Shown: one piece after another, positions 21,675 through 34,672 of the stretch
Layout of the letters: every line of letters starts with the position of its first letter
How positions within the stretch are numbered: the first letter of the stretch is position 1
Notes under the pieces: model-generated
What the model was told of the DNA's origin: nothing
The model's database searches: none
Seen by the model: the letters and a program-made list of their open reading frames with translations, nothing else
DNA from: an uncultured cyanobacterium
Lineage (GTDB): Bacteria; Cyanobacteriota; Cyanobacteriia; PCC-9006; JAAUQQ01
Reading direction: 5' to 3'
Length of the DNA stretch: 64,000 nt
Assembly: GCA_963718615.1 (NCBI GenBank)
Contig: OY970368.1
Span: 64,001-128,000, forward strand
Program-made: the position numbers and the translations under genes

Positions 21675-22967
21675 CTAAGGAGCAAGGAAAATCATCCGTT
21701 GCATCCAGAGCGATCGCACCGCTGTCAAGCCCAATTTTGGGCCATCCGCATTTGACGCAGCCGTCGTTTGGGATTGGAGCAGAGCGCCGATGGACGTTTC
21801 CGGAGCGGCGTTGTCGATCGCCTCCAACAGTTCAAACTCGGATTCCGACAACTGGGCTGGGCGATAGTCCTGGTTGAGCAAACTAGGGCTGGGCCAACCA
21901 TGCATGCAGGGATTGCGCCGAGCCTTGGCCTGGAGGAGTTCGTCGTCGTTCTGCCAGGTCGAGCGCTGGAGGGGTGATTTCGCCAGGAAAAATTCGTAGT
22001 GGGGCACGTTCGGATCGAGCAGTTCGATCAGGCGATAGCGTTCTCGCTCGGGCAGGGTTTGTGCCCGCTCCATCAGCGCCGGAGCCACACCAATCAGCCG
22101 TTCCAGGGACCAAAAATCTGGATTGGAAAAACCGACGAATTCTAAGCCCGAGGCATCAATGAGGTCAAAGAGCGTCTTGACATTGTAGTCAATTTCCTGG
22201 GGATGGACATACATATCGGCGAAGCATTCGTCCCGCTGATTTTCCATGGCCCAGCGTTCTTTCTCATATTTCACCAGGCGGTTATTGTCTGGCAGCGTCG
22301 CGAAAAGCTGGCGGCCAATCTGGACCCCATCGGTGTAGTCGCCCCGCTGGTCGCCTTGGAGGAGGGCGATCGCCTGCTGCATCAGTTGAATCTCCCAACG
22401 GCCCAACTCTCCGTAGACAAAAATATGGAGAAGGCCACCGGGAGCTAACTTGTGAGCCAAGGCCTGCATACCTCGCACCGGGTCCGGCAGGTGGTGCAGC
22501 ACCCCCACACAATTAATCAGATCAAATTCACCGGGAATCTGATCGAGGTCATAGAGGCTGAGGGTATGGAAATGGACGCGATCGCCCCCAGATCGCTGCA
22601 ATCGTTCGGTGGCCACGGCGATCGCCCCCGGACTCAAATCCACCGCCACCACTTCAGCTTCAGGATTGAGATGAACCAAATAATCAGTACCCACCCCCGT
22701 CCCACAGCCCGCGTCGAGAATGCGCACCGAATGGCGATCGGGCGATCGCCCCGCACAGAAGCTATAGGCCGCAGGCCAGTACCAGCGCCAGTTGTAGCCC
22801 GGCGGCGGCTCATCCAGCAGCGGATCAGGCGGGAAAGGATAGGCATTGTAAAGTTTCTCAACAGCCGCACTCACCGCAGCCGGACCTTGGGCCGCCGGAA
22901 TTGTGGGTGCCGGTGAACGATTGACTTCCGTAGACGAATCAGAAAACCCAGACGGAGAGGGGACCAT
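21675..22967 (-). CDS. Class I SAM-dependent methyltransferase
   Basis: ILDAGCGTG, FDLINCVGVLHH, FADMYVHPQE; sits between the atp and apc operons. Confidence 0.88.
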   Translation of the reverse strand: MVPSPSGFSDSSTEVNRSPAPTIPAAQGPAAVSAAVEKLYNAYPFPPDPLLDEPPPGYNWRWYWPAAYSFCAGRSPDRHSVRILDAGCGTGVGTDYLVHLNPEAEVVAVDLSPGAIAVATERLQRSGGDRVHFHTLSLYDLDQIPGEFDLINCVGVLHHLPDPVRGMQALAHKLAPGGLLHIFVYGELGRWEIQLMQQAIALLQGDQRGDYTDGVQIGRQLFATLPDNNRLVKYEKERWAMENQRDECFADMYVHPQEIDYNVKTLFDLIDASGLEFVGFSNPDFWSLERLIGVAPALMERAQTLPERERYRLIELLDPNVPHYEFFLAKSPLQRSTWQNDDELLQAKARRNPCMHGWPSPSLLNQDYRPAQLSESEFELLEAIDNAAPETSIGALLQSQTTAASNADGPKLGLTAVRSLWMQRMIFLAP

Positions 22968-22996
22968 GGCAAAAAATCCTGGACTTGCGATTGTTC

Positions 22997-23014
22997 AATA
23001 CATTTTTTAACAAA
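22997..23014 (+). promoter_or_regulatory. HLR1-like (RpaB) direct repeat upstream of apcE
   Basis: AATACATT-tt-TTAACAAA compared with consensus (G/T)TTACA(T/A)(T/A)-N2-repeat; imperfect match. Confidence 0.35.
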
Positions 23015-23226
23015 GGTCTTAGAGCATCCCGAAACGCTCTAATCTAAAGGCTGATACCTGGCTAACCCCAGGCAATCTCTTTCGTTGACAGACGGGTGAA
23101 TCAAGCTGATCTGCCCCAAGCCAACCAAAGGATTGCTCCGGTGCCTCAAGTTTTTCGAAGCTTCCTCATAATTCCATAGGAAGCCCTCGGAGGCCGCAAC
23201 AGGCATTTGGACAAGCATTTTGATGA

Positions 23227-25293
<2,067 letters not shown>

Positions 25294-25337
25294 GGACGAC
25301 CATCGTCTGTCTCCCTGGCGATCGCCCCTTCCTCAAC

Positions 25338-25377
25338 CATCCCCAAAACATCCCCAAAACATCCCCAAAACATCCCC
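25338..25377. repeat. 11-bp tandem repeat (CATCCCCAAAA) x3.6
   Basis: Directly visible after the apcE stop. Confidence 0.9.
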
Positions 25378-25650
25378 CAGAACCAAACTCAGCAAGGTCA
25401 GGTGCTTCTGCCTTTCTGAGTAGACCTTCGGGGTTTGAATAGGGTGGGCTTCGTTGTCCGGTTGGGCTGGCTGGGCTCTCCATTGGGGGCGATCGACCAA
25501 CCCTCTTCCTTTAAATTTCACTGCTGTCCAGCGGTGAGCGTTCCGCGCTACCTTCACCCCAAAAGCCTAATAAAAAAGCCACTAACAAAAGGGTTTTATC
25601 GCCCATCGTTTTGCTTTTTCACAGAGATTCGAGCAAGAATGAGATGCGAT

Positions 25651-25668
25651 ATTACAAACTGTTACGCG
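25651..25668 (+). promoter_or_regulatory. HLR1-like (RpaB) site upstream of apcABC
   Basis: ATTACAAA-ct-GTTACGCG, a 10-bp-period direct repeat about 320 bp upstream of apcA. Confidence 0.45.
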
Positions 25669-25986
25669 GGTTCTAAAAGGGCAATCCAAATGAAGCACAA
25701 TAAAATCCCGAAGGTAGCTGGGTCTAGTCCCTTAAGGGCGAAAGCCTTTTTGAACGGCCCATTCGGGTTTGAGCTCTGGAAGGGGCAGCGACATTTAAGG
25801 GATTTTGTTTGCAATTTTTTGCATATATAGGTTTGAACCGTGTCTAAGTCTGGCTCAGAAGTCTGGTAAGGTCGAATTTGGCGCTGTCGTTGTTTGCCGA
25901 TAAGGTCCAACGAAAGCCTCATGCGATCGCTAGCGCTAAGCCCAGCCTAGACCCATTCTCATAAAACTGCTTGGAGGAATCCGTTA

Positions 25987-26472
25987 ATGAGTATCGTCTC
26001 AAAATCCATCGTGAATGCTGACGCTGAGGCTCGCTATCTCAGCCCTGGTGAGCTAGATCGGATTAAGTCTTTCGTAACCGACGGCGATCGTCGCCTGCGC
26101 ATCGCAGAAACCCTAACCGGCTCCCGTGAGCGCATCGTCAAGGAAGCTGGCACCCAGTTGTTCCAAAAGCGTCCTGATCTCGTTTCTCCCGGTGGCAACG
26201 CCTATGGTGAAGAAATGCTCGCGTCTTGCCTACGCGACATGGACTATTACCTGCGCTTGGTCACCTACGGCATCGTTTCTGGCGACGCCACCCCCATCGA
26301 AGAAATTGGTCTAGTCGGTGCACGGGAAATGTACAAATCCCTGGGTACCCCGATTGACGGCGTAATCGAAGCAGTCCGCGCGATGAAGGCAGTCAGCACC
26401 GGTCTTCTTTCGGGCGCTGATGCGGATGAAGCAGGTTCTTACTTTGACTACGTCATCGCTGGCATGTCGTAG
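25987..26472 (+). CDS. apcA: Allophycocyanin alpha subunit
   Basis: [34 protein letters not shown]...CLRD. Confidence 0.98.
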   Translation: MSIVSKSIVNADAEARYLSPGELDRIKSFVTDGDRRLRIAETLTGSRERIVKEAGTQLFQKRPDLVSPGGNAYGEEMLASCLRDMDYYLRLVTYGIVSGDATPIEEIGLVGAREMYKSLGTPIDGVIEAVRAMKAVSTGLLSGADADEAGSYFDYVIAGMS

Positions 26473-26533
26473 GCCTAGATAATCATCTTTTCTTTAGTCC
26501 CTTCAACTTCGAAATTTTTTAAGGAACACAACG

Positions 26534-27019
26534 ATGCAAGACGCTATTACCTCCGTCATTAATGCTTCCGATGTTCAGGGTCAGTACCTGGACGCTAGCT
26601 CCATGGGCAAGCTGAAGGCTTACTTTCAGACCGGTGAGCTGCGCGTTCGTGCTGCAACCTCCATCAGCGCCAATGCTGCAACCATCGTCAAGGAAGCTGT
26701 AGCAAAGTCACTGCTGTACTCTGACATCACCCGCCCCGGTGGAAACATGTACACCACCCGTCGCTATGCTGCTTGCATCCGCGACCTCGATTACTACCTC
26801 CGCTACGCCACCTACGCCATGCTGGCTGGTGACACCTCGATCCTCGACGAGCGCGTCCTCAACGGTTTGAAAGAAACCTACAACTCCCTAGGCGTTCCCG
26901 TGGGTGCAACGGTTCAAACCATCCAAGCCATGAAAGAAGTCACCGCTAGCCTGGTGGGTCCTGACGCTGGCCGCGAAATGGGTGTGTATTTCGACTACAT
27001 CTGCTCTGGTTTGAACTAG
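26534..27019 (+). CDS. apcB: Allophycocyanin beta subunit
   Basis: [28 protein letters not shown]. Confidence 0.99.
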   Translation: MQDAITSVINASDVQGQYLDASSMGKLKAYFQTGELRVRAATSISANAATIVKEAVAKSLLYSDITRPGGNMYTTRRYAACIRDLDYYLRYATYAMLAGDTSILDERVLNGLKETYNSLGVPVGATVQTIQAMKEVTASLVGPDAGREMGVYFDYICSGLN

Positions 27020-27200
27020 GTCATAACCTGGGCTGGATCTTAAAGGGATAAAACCCTGGGATTTAGTGCTAGGCCCAGGCAGTGCGAACGCTAAGTTTTC
27101 ACGGCCTGGGCCTTTGGTTTAGGACAGTTTGGATTTGAACCGCTGGAGACCTACGGGTTTCCCATTCTGTTTTTAAGTTTTCATTGGGAGAACGGTTGCG

Positions 27201-27404
27201 ATGCGGATGTTTAAAATTACCGCCTGTGTGCCGAGCCCGGATAAGGTTCGCACCCAGCGTGAGCTGCAAAATACCTACTTCACCAAGCTTGTTGCCTACG
27301 ACAACTGGTTCAAAGAGCAACAACGGATCCAAAAGCTGGGTGGCAAGATTATTAAGGTTGAACTGGCAACGGGCAAAGCTGGAACCAATACCGGTATTGC
27401 CTAA
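27201..27404 (+). CDS. apcC: Allophycocyanin core linker (Lc 7.8)
   Basis: MRMFKITACVPS...RTQRELQNTYFTKLV...KVELATG. Confidence 0.97.
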   Translation: MRMFKITACVPSPDKVRTQRELQNTYFTKLVAYDNWFKEQQRIQKLGGKIIKVELATGKAGTNTGIA

Positions 27405-27429
27405 GCCTCAAGAAGGCTGCTGAATTTTT

Positions 27430-27466
27430 AGACACCGAGTGTTGGTTTGACATTCGGTGTCTTTTT
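27430..27466 (+). terminator. Terminator of apcABC
   Basis: AGACACCGAGTG...CATTCGGTGTCT followed by a T run. Confidence 0.75.
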
Positions 27467-27474
27467 AGCTTGTC

Positions 27475-27515
27475 GTCTTTTGGGTCGGTGTCTTTTGGGT
27501 CGGTGTCTTTTGGGT
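27475..27515. repeat. 15-bp tandem repeat GTCTTTTGGGTCGGT x2.7
   Basis: Directly visible; the unit resembles the 3' arm of the preceding terminator. Confidence 0.85.
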
Positions 27516-27677
27516 AAGGCAAGGGGGATGCTGCCCCCAGAAGAATTTTGAGGTCGTCCATCTTTCGTCAGGGTCAAAGGGTTCGCTACACTGGGCAGCA
27601 CGAAACAGACTGGATAGGGTCTTGTTCGTTCTGGTCCTGTTTATTGGTCTTGTTGACGTTGAGGACATACGCCCGCC

Positions 27678-28883
27678 GTGCAACTGCGCTATATTTTCCC
27701 CTGGTTTGATTCCTCTGCGGCCCAGTGGTCCATGGACGCCCGCGTTCTCCGCTGGATGACCCTGCTGTGGCTTTTGGTGGGACTGGTTGTCATGTGTTCT
27801 GCCTCCTATGCAACGGCGGTGTCGGACAATGGCGATGGATTCTACTATCTCAAACGCCAATTTGCCTGGGCTTGGTTAGGCCTGAGCCTCTTCAATTTGG
27901 TGATTCATACTCCCATTCGCTACATTCTGGGGATGGCGCACTGGTTTTTGCTAGTGTGTCTAGGGTTAATTTTTCTGACGCTTGTACCAGGATTGGGAAC
28001 CACGGTGAATGGTGCAACCCGGTGGCTGGTGCTCGGCCCGGTACCGATGCAGCCTTCGGAGCTCATCAAACCTTTTCTGGTCTTACAAGGCGCAAGGATT
28101 TTTAGTCAGTGGGACCGACTGCCGTGGAACGTTCGCTGGCGTTGGCTCGGGATTTTTGGTGTGGTGCTGGCAGCGATTCTACTGCAGCCGAACCTCAGTA
28201 CGGCTGCACTTTGCGGTATGTTGCTGTGGCTGATTGCGCTGTCGGCAGGGCTGCCCTACAAACATTTAGGGATTACGGTAGTGGCAGGGTTAACGCTGGC
28301 GACCATTAGCGTCAGTCGGAACGAGTACCAGCTCAAACGGATTTTGTCGTTTATGAATCCTTGGGCCGATGCCCAAGGCGATGGCTATCAGTTGGTCCAA
28401 AGTCTTTTGGCGATCGGCTCAGGAGGATGGACCGGAACGGGCTTTGGCATGTCGCAGCAAAAGCTGTTCTATCTACCGATTCAATACACGGATTTTATTT
28501 TTTCGGTTTTTGCTGAGGAATTTGGCTTGATTGGCTGCGTTGCCATTTTGTTAATGCTGGTGGCCTATGCCACGCTGGGGCTGCGCGTGGCGCTTAAGGC
28601 GAACCGGAATGTTCATCAACTGGTGGCGATCGGCGCGATTATTTTGCTGATTGGCCAGTCGATTTTGAATGTGGCGGTGGCGACGGGGTCGATGCCCACC
28701 ACGGGATTACCATTTCCATTATTTAGTTATGGCGGAAATTCAGTCTTGGCGAGCTTGATGGCAGCGGGGCTGTTGATTCGGGTGGCGCGGGAGAGTAGCG
28801 ATCGCAACGTCATTGATCCCAGCAAGCGCCCAGGCCGTAAGTTTGGCGATCCGCTCCGGCGTCAAGAGAAAGTTTTAAGATAG
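27678..28883 (+). CDS. ftsW: SEDS family peptidoglycan polymerase FtsW/RodA
   Basis: NGATRW, QPSELIK, LLQPNLST, GYQLVQSLLAIGSGG, TDFIFSV, SYGG. Confidence 0.9.
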   Translation: MQLRYIFPWFDSSAAQWSMDARVLRWMTLLWLLVGLVVMCSASYATAVSDNGDGFYYLKRQFAWAWLGLSLFNLVIHTPIRYILGMAHWFLLVCLGLIFLTLVPGLGTTVNGATRWLVLGPVPMQPSELIKPFLVLQGARIFSQWDRLPWNVRWRWLGIFGVVLAAILLQPNLSTAALCGMLLWLIALSAGLPYKHLGITVVAGLTLATISVSRNEYQLKRILSFMNPWADAQGDGYQLVQSLLAIGSGGWTGTGFGMSQQKLFYLPIQYTDFIFSVFAEEFGLIGCVAILLMLVAYATLGLRVALKANRNVHQLVAIGAIILLIGQSILNVAVATGSMPTTGLPFPLFSYGGNSVLASLMAAGLLIRVARESSDRNVIDPSKRPGRKFGDPLRRQEKVLR

Positions 28884-28968
28884 ATTACCGGGATCTGGCT
28901 AACTGTCTGAAAACAACGCCCAGTCCCGGTGAAATTTCTCTCTGCAAGTCTCTCTGCAAGCGTTGCCA

Positions 28969-29703
28969 GTGCTGGAAACCTTTCAACTTGAGCTTTATCA
29001 CCTTGAAGACTGGGTCAACCACCAGGTTTTGGCCCAGTTAGATCATCTCTCCCCCTGGAGCATGGGCATCCTGCTGGGGGCGGGACTGCTAACCAGCTTG
29101 ACCCCCTGCATGCTGTCGATGCTGCCGATTACGCTGGGCTATATCGGGGGATATAGCGATGGCTCGCGATCGCGCGCAGTTTTCCAGTCTTTGTTTTTTG
29201 CTGCGGGCTTGGCTACGACGCTGACGCTCCTAGGCATTGGGGCGGCGTTGCTGGGCCGCGTCTATGGCCAAATTGGCCTAGGGTTGCCTCTGGTGGTGAG
29301 CGCGATCGCCATCCTCATGGGGCTCAATCTCCTCGAAGTTTTACCCCTGCGTCTCCCTGGTCTGGGGAATTTAGAAATTCCTGCGGGCTGGCCCATGGGC
29401 ATACGTTCCTACGCTCTAGGCGTCACCTTTGGCTTGATTGCCTCACCCTGTAGCACCCCGGTCTTAGCAACGCTGCTGGCCTGGATCGCCAGTGCGGGTC
29501 AGCCCCTGCTAGGAGGCGTGTTGTTGCTGTGTTATGCCCTGGGTTACGTGCTGCCCATTGTTTTAGCCGGTAGTTTCATCGGCAGTCTCAAGCGCCTGCT
29601 AACGCTGCGACAATGGTCCGGTTGGATTAATCCGGTGAGTGGCGTGTTGTTGATTGGTTTTGGCGTTTTTTCGCTGCTGACGCGGCTGGTTCCGGCGGTT
29701 TAA
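28969..29703 (+). CDS. ccdA: Cytochrome c biogenesis thiol-disulfide transporter CcdA
   Basis: SLTPCMLSMLP and ASPCSTPVL Cys motifs; 6 TM segments; GTG start. Confidence 0.92.
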   Translation: MLETFQLELYHLEDWVNHQVLAQLDHLSPWSMGILLGAGLLTSLTPCMLSMLPITLGYIGGYSDGSRSRAVFQSLFFAAGLATTLTLLGIGAALLGRVYGQIGLGLPLVVSAIAILMGLNLLEVLPLRLPGLGNLEIPAGWPMGIRSYALGVTFGLIASPCSTPVLATLLAWIASAGQPLLGGVLLLCYALGYVLPIVLAGSFIGSLKRLLTLRQWSGWINPVSGVLLIGFGVFSLLTRLVPAV

Positions 29704-29727
29704 TCAGCGCTTTCATCACAGGTACCC

Positions 29728-31140
29728 ATGACTTCTAATCTTCCAACTCCTAATCCCCCCAACCAGAATCCCCCTATCCCTGGGATTACCCCCCCCAGCA
29801 AACCCTTCTCATTCAAGGTCCTCAAACGAGATGTTTTAGGACTCCTGTCCAATTTGAAGCTGGCGATCGCCCTCCTCCTCACCATCGCCAGCCTCAGCAT
29901 CCTCGGCACCGTGATCGAACAGGGCCAAGGTCTCGCTTTTTATCAAGCCAACTACCCAGAGAGCCCGGCGCTATTTGGCTTTTTGAGCTGGAAAGTGATT
30001 TTGACCATTGGTCTGGACCACGTCTATCGCACCCCTTGGTTTTATGCGCTGCTGATTCTCTTTGGCAGCAGCCTCACCGCCTGCACCTTCACCCACCAAA
30101 TTCCGGCCCTCCAAGTCGCCCAAAACTGGAAATATTACCGCAAACCGCGCCAGTTCCAAAAGCTAGCCCTCAGCACCGATTTGACGAGCGATGTCTTTGA
30201 ACAACTGCCAACGCTCCTGCAAAACCGTCGTTACCAGCTCTACCAAGAAGGAGATGTGCTCTATGCCCGTCGCGGCCTTTTGGGACGGATTGGTCCAATC
30301 ATCGTCCATGTCAGCATGCTGATCATCTTAGCTGGGGCCATCTGGGGCTCCCTTAGCGGTTTCTTTGCCCAGGAAATGATTCCCAGCGGTCAGGCGTTCA
30401 AGGTCACAAACCTGTTTGACCGAGGCCCCCTCGCCGAAGCCCAAATTCCCAAGGATTGGGGTGTTAAGGTCAATCGCTTTTGGATCGACTACAGCCCCGA
30501 TGGCCGCATTGATCAGTTTTACTCGGATCTGTCGGTGATTGACGACGAGGGCCACGAACTCGATCGCCAAACCATCCATGTCAACCAACCCCTGCGACAC
30601 AAGGGCGTGACATTCTATCAGGCGGATTGGGCGATCGCCGGCGTCAAAGTCCAACTCAACAACAGTCCCATTCTGCAATTTCCCATGGCGGAGCTCAACA
30701 CCGAGGGACAAGGCCGTCTTTGGGGAACCTGGGTCCCCCTCAAACCGGACCTAAGCGAAGGCGTTTCGCTGATCGCCAAGGATTTGCAGGGCACTGTCTT
30801 GATCTATGGCAACGATGGCAAACTCATCGGCACCGTGCGCCAGGGCATGGCTACAGAAATCCCCACGGGCAACCAACCGGGTGACAAACCCCTACGGCTC
30901 AGCCTCAAGGAAGTCGTCGGCAGCACGGGACTCCAGATCAAAGCCGATCCAGGAATTCCCCTGGTCTATCTGGGTTTTGGTCTGTTAATGGTCAGCACGC
31001 TGATGAGCTATCTCTCCCATTCCCAGGTGTGGGCGTTGCGGGAGGGCGATCGCTGCTACATCGGTGGACGCACCAACCGCGCCCAGGTCAGCTTTGAACG
31101 GGAACTGCTGGAAATCCTCGACCAAGCCAAACCATCCTAG
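29728..31140 (+). CDS. ccsB: Cytochrome c biogenesis protein Ccs1/CcsB (ResB-like)
   Basis: [40 protein letters not shown]. Confidence 0.93.
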   Translation: MTSNLPTPNPPNQNPPIPGITPPSKPFSFKVLKRDVLGLLSNLKLAIALLLTIASLSILGTVIEQGQGLAFYQANYPESPALFGFLSWKVILTIGLDHVYRTPWFYALLILFGSSLTACTFTHQIPALQVAQNWKYYRKPRQFQKLALSTDLTSDVFEQLPTLLQNRRYQLYQEGDVLYARRGLLGRIGPIIVHVSMLIILAGAIWGSLSGFFAQEMIPSGQAFKVTNLFDRGPLAEAQIPKDWGVKVNRFWIDYSPDGRIDQFYSDLSVIDDEGHELDRQTIHVNQPLRHKGVTFYQADWAIAGVKVQLNNSPILQFPMAELNTEGQGRLWGTWVPLKPDLSEGVSLIAKDLQGTVLIYGNDGKLIGTVRQGMATEIPTGNQPGDKPLRLSLKEVVGSTGLQIKADPGIPLVYLGFGLLMVSTLMSYLSHSQVWALREGDRCYIGGRTNRAQVSFERELLEILDQAKPS

Positions 31141-31144
31141 GGGA

Positions 31145-31579
31145 TTATTTTTTGTGGGTGACGGTGATGATCGTGTGGACATTCCCACGCGGCGAAAAAT
31201 CCCCCTTCACGGTAATTTCCAGGGGATCGCAGGCTTCTACCAAATCATCCAGGATTTGGTTAATCACCTCCTCGTGGGAAATGTAGCGATCGCGAAAGCT
31301 ATTGATATAAAGCTTTAGCGCCTTAAGCTCCACCACCCGCTGGTCCGGTACATAGGTCAGGGCGATCGTCGCAAAATCCGGGTAACCCGAAAACGGACAT
31401 TTGCAGGTAAACTCGGGCAACGCAATCTCAATATCAAACCGTCTGCCGGGACGGGGATTGGGAAACGTAATCAGCTTGCCTTCTCGGATCTCGCGTTCGC
31501 CGTACTTGATTTCCGGCCCATTCGCAATCCCTGATTTAGACTCAATAACTTCCCGCGTAGAAACCGATGAAACTTCCAT
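31145..31579 (-). CDS. queF: NADPH-dependent 7-cyano-7-deazaguanine reductase
   Basis: [33 protein letters not shown]. Confidence 0.95.
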   Translation of the reverse strand: MEVSSVSTREVIESKSGIANGPEIKYGEREIREGKLITFPNPRPGRRFDIEIALPEFTCKCPFSGYPDFATIALTYVPDQRVVELKALKLYINSFRDRYISHEEVINQILDDLVEACDPLEITVKGDFSPRGNVHTIITVTHKK

Positions 31580-31884
31580 GGAGTTGACTGTTAAGGTACC
31601 ACTGACATCTGGGTCAAATCGATCACCAGTTTATCGAAAAAAACGTCGACTGTAATAGTTCGAGATACGTAAATCTGTTGCCCTGAATTCTGTATCAATT
31701 TTTTCTTTTGTTCAATTCAGGCCCATTCAAACAGTCTCTAGAGGGCTTTGATCAGGGTCATTTTTCCTTGAATTGATAAAGGTTTCAGATTTTTTGAGGG
31801 AAAGGGTGTCAGATTGGAGAATTTGCATTATTCTTGGGCTGGAATTCGACCATCCTGCTCTTTTCCACTAAACGGCTGAGGCGA

Positions 31885-32595
31885 ATGAACTTTGATTTGA
31901 ATGCTAAGCGTAAGGCCAATCATGGCCAAGCGCCTTCGACTGCGGGATATGCTTCTACCCCTTCTGTTCCCATCTCGGTGTATCGAGAGCTGGCTGCGGA
32001 GCTCCAGGCCACTCAAACCCTGCTGGATTCGGCCCATTCGCAGAATCAATATCTGCATAAGGCCAACCGACGGATGCAGGTTGAGCTCGACCAAATTACG
32101 GAGTCGGCCCATAAACTGCAACAAATTGCGGGCAAGGTGGCAGGTCTAAACAGCCCGCCCCAGGATGCCGCTGCGGCTCCATCTCCCGCCCAGCCCCTAT
32201 CCAAGGAAGCCCCCGCCGTTCGTCGCCCGCCCCAATCGCAATCGGCCCGTCCACCGATGCCCCAGGGGCGCAAAGCCGCTGTGGAGTCGCTCAATCAACT
32301 GTTACGCGATCGCCCAGCCCGCCCTCGCCCCCTGCTATCGACCGGGCAATCGGGCGAGATCAGCACCTGGTGGCTGATGGCAATGATTATCTTCATTGTG
32401 GTCACGGCCTTTGGCACCGGCTTTATTCTGGTGCGTCCTTTCCTCAATCCGTCGAGTTCCACCCCGGTCCAGCCTGGACCTGAGCCCAATCCCACGTTTG
32501 AGCCGAATCCGGGGGGGAGTTCCACGTTATCCAATCCCACCCCTGCTCGGTCGTCGGGCAGCCGTGAGGAGGGCGACGGGGATGTTGAGCGATAG
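31885..32595 (+). CDS. Hypothetical single-pass membrane protein (coiled coil, Pro-rich, C-terminal TM)
   Basis: SVPISVYRELAAELQAT coiled coil; TM segment IIFIVVTAFGTGFILVRP. Confidence 0.75.
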   Translation: MNFDLNAKRKANHGQAPSTAGYASTPSVPISVYRELAAELQATQTLLDSAHSQNQYLHKANRRMQVELDQITESAHKLQQIAGKVAGLNSPPQDAAAAPSPAQPLSKEAPAVRRPPQSQSARPPMPQGRKAAVESLNQLLRDRPARPRPLLSTGQSGEISTWWLMAMIIFIVVTAFGTGFILVRPFLNPSSSTPVQPGPEPNPTFEPNPGGSSTLSNPTPARSSGSREEGDGDVER

Positions 32596-32631
32596 CCAGT
32601 CACGCTCCCCCGGTTTTAGGTGAAAACGGTC

Positions 32632-32645
32632 GTAATGTTTATTAC
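32632..32645 (+). promoter_or_regulatory. NtcA box 1 upstream of glnB
   Basis: GTA-atgtttat-TAC, exact GTA-N8-TAC. Confidence 0.65.
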
Positions 32646-32756
32646 AAATTCTCGCGCGATCGCCCGATTGCCAAAAGGGAGTTTTACACTGAGTGGGGTT
32701 CTATTTCGGCTGATAGAGACGCTAATCTCGATTTTGTTCAATGGAATTCTGCAAAG

Positions 32757-32801
32757 TGTATCTTCTCGTACATCAAACCCCCTTTTAACTCCGCTTACTG
32801 T
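32757..32801 (+). promoter_or_regulatory. NtcA box 2 and putative -10 element of glnB
   Basis: TGTA-tcttctcg-TACA (32757-32772); TACTGT at 32796-32801, 24 nt after TAC (slightly long spacing). Confidence 0.7.
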
Positions 32802-32828
32802 TAAGAAACGAAATCGCGACGCATTTAA

Positions 32829-33179
<351 letters not shown>

Positions 33180-33218
33180 GCTTGAAGCCCTAAACCTGCT
33201 CTCATTTCATCAACTTCT

Positions 33219-33290
33219 GTAGGGACATGGCATTGCCATGTCCCTACGGTTTTAATGCCATGTTCCTAGGGTTTTGATGCCATGTCCCTC
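33219..33290. repeat. GTAG-type REP-like perfect palindrome plus two degenerate copies of its 3' arm
   Basis: GTAGGGACATGGCA-T-TGCCATGTCCCTAC (33219-33247), then TGCCATGTTCCTAG and TGCCATGTCCCTC; lies between convergent glnB and miaB. Confidence 0.8.
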
Positions 33291-33298
33291 CTTGGGTT

Positions 33299-34672
33299 TT
33301 AGACACAGATGGGGGATTCGAGGCGATCGCCCGTCAAGCTAAAGGGTCGCACCTGGGTAATCTTCACCGGCACGATCTGTCCCTTGAGTCGCTCAAAGTC
33401 GCCACTAAAAAACGTCAGTCGGTTGGTGCGGGTGCGGCCCATGACTTGGTTTGGAGCTTTGGGATTGATGCCCTCGACGAGAATTTCTTCAATGCGGTTT
33501 TGGTAGCGCTGCGATCGCTCTGCCGCTTTCGTTCCCACCAAATGATTGAGCCGTTGGAGGCGATCAACTTTGATTTCTTCCGCAAGCTGCTTCTCCCAGG
33601 TCGCCGCAGGGGTTCCAGGCCGAGGAGAATAAGCAGCAGTGTTGAGCTGATCAAAGCCAATGTCGGCGACGAGCTGGAGCGTATCCTGGAACTGTGCTTC
33701 GGTTTCACCAGGAAAAGCCACGATGGCATCGGCGCTAATGGCAGCATCGGGCAGAACTTGGCGAATTTTGTCGATGATGCGGCGATATTTCTCTTGGGTG
33801 TAGCCCCGCGCCATGGCCTTGAGGATCTCGTTATTGCCCGACTGGAAGGGAATATGAAAGTGCTCGCAGACCTTGGGCAATTCGGCACAGGCCCGAATCA
33901 ACCGCTCGGTGAAGTAGCGGGGATGGCTGGTGGCAAAGCGAATCCGCTCAATGCCGGGGACATCGTGGACAAAATAGAGCAAATCCGTCAGGTTATTTTG
34001 GTGACGGCCTTCGGCGGTGGTACCGGGCAGGTCCCGGCCATAGGCGTCGATGTTTTGGCCCAAGAGCGTCACTTCTTTAATCCCCTGGCGACCCAGATCT
34101 TCCATCTCCGCCCGAATCGCTTCCGGAGCGCGGGACTGCTCGATACCGCGCACACCAGGGACAACACAGTAGGTACAGCGCTCGTTGCAGCCGTAGATCA
34201 CATTCACCCAAGCGGTGATCTCGCTGTCGCGACGAGGTTTGGTGATGTCTTCAAGGATATGGACGGGTTCCGTGGCGACGACCTGGTTGCCCTGAAAGAC
34301 ATCTTCGAGCAAATCTTGCAGCCGATTGGCATGCTGGGGTCCCATAACTAAATCCAGCTCGGGCACCCGACGCAGCAGGGCTTCCCCTTCCTGCTGGGCG
34401 ACGCATCCCGCGACCACAAGGGTGAGGTTGGGGTCGTGCTGTTTGCGTTTGGCCTGTCGCCCCAGGTAGGAATACACCTTTTGCTCGGCGTTGTCGCGAA
34501 TGGTGCAGGTGTTGTAAAGGATCAGATCGGCTTGAAACGGGTCTTCTTCCCAAGTCATACCCATGGCATCGAGAATACCGGCCATGCGTTCGGAGTCGGC
34601 TTTATTCATCTGGCAGCCGAAGGTGGTGATGTGGTAGCGACGGGGAGAGGGAAGCATGGGCGAAGAGGGCAT
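33299..34672 (-). CDS. miaB: tRNA-2-methylthio-N6-dimethylallyladenosine synthase
   Basis: [24 protein letters not shown], radical [12 protein letters not shown]-terminal TRAM domain. Confidence 0.96.
   Translation of the reverse strand: MPSSPMLPSPRRYHITTFGCQMNKADSERMAGILDAMGMTWEEDPFQADLILYNTCTIRDNAEQKVYSYLGRQAKRKQHDPNLTLVVAGCVAQQEGEALLRRVPELDLVMGPQHANRLQDLLEDVFQGNQVVATEPVHILEDITKPRRDSEITAWVNVIYGCNERCTYCVVPGVRGIEQSRAPEAIRAEMEDLGRQGIKEVTLLGQNIDAYGRDLPGTTAEGRHQNNLTDLLYFVHDVPGIERIRFATSHPRYFTERLIRACAELPKVCEHFHIPFQSGNNEILKAMARGYTQEKYRRIIDKIRQVLPDAAISADAIVAFPGETEAQFQDTLQLVADIGFDQLNTAAYSPRPGTPAATWEKQLAEEIKVDRLQRLNHLVGTKAAERSQRYQNRIEEILVEGINPKAPNQVMGRTRTNRLTFFSGDFERLKGQIVPVKITQVRPFSLTGDRLESPICV

Noticed and set aside
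31580-31880. Possible preQ1 riboswitch upstream of queF
   Set aside because: No recognisable preQ1 stem-loop with an A-rich tail on the minus strand.
33446-34351. Long antisense ORFs (301 aa here; also 53205-54035, 24091-24786, 17412-17987)
   Set aside because: They lie wholly opposite well-supported genes and are expected shadows of GC-rich codon usage.
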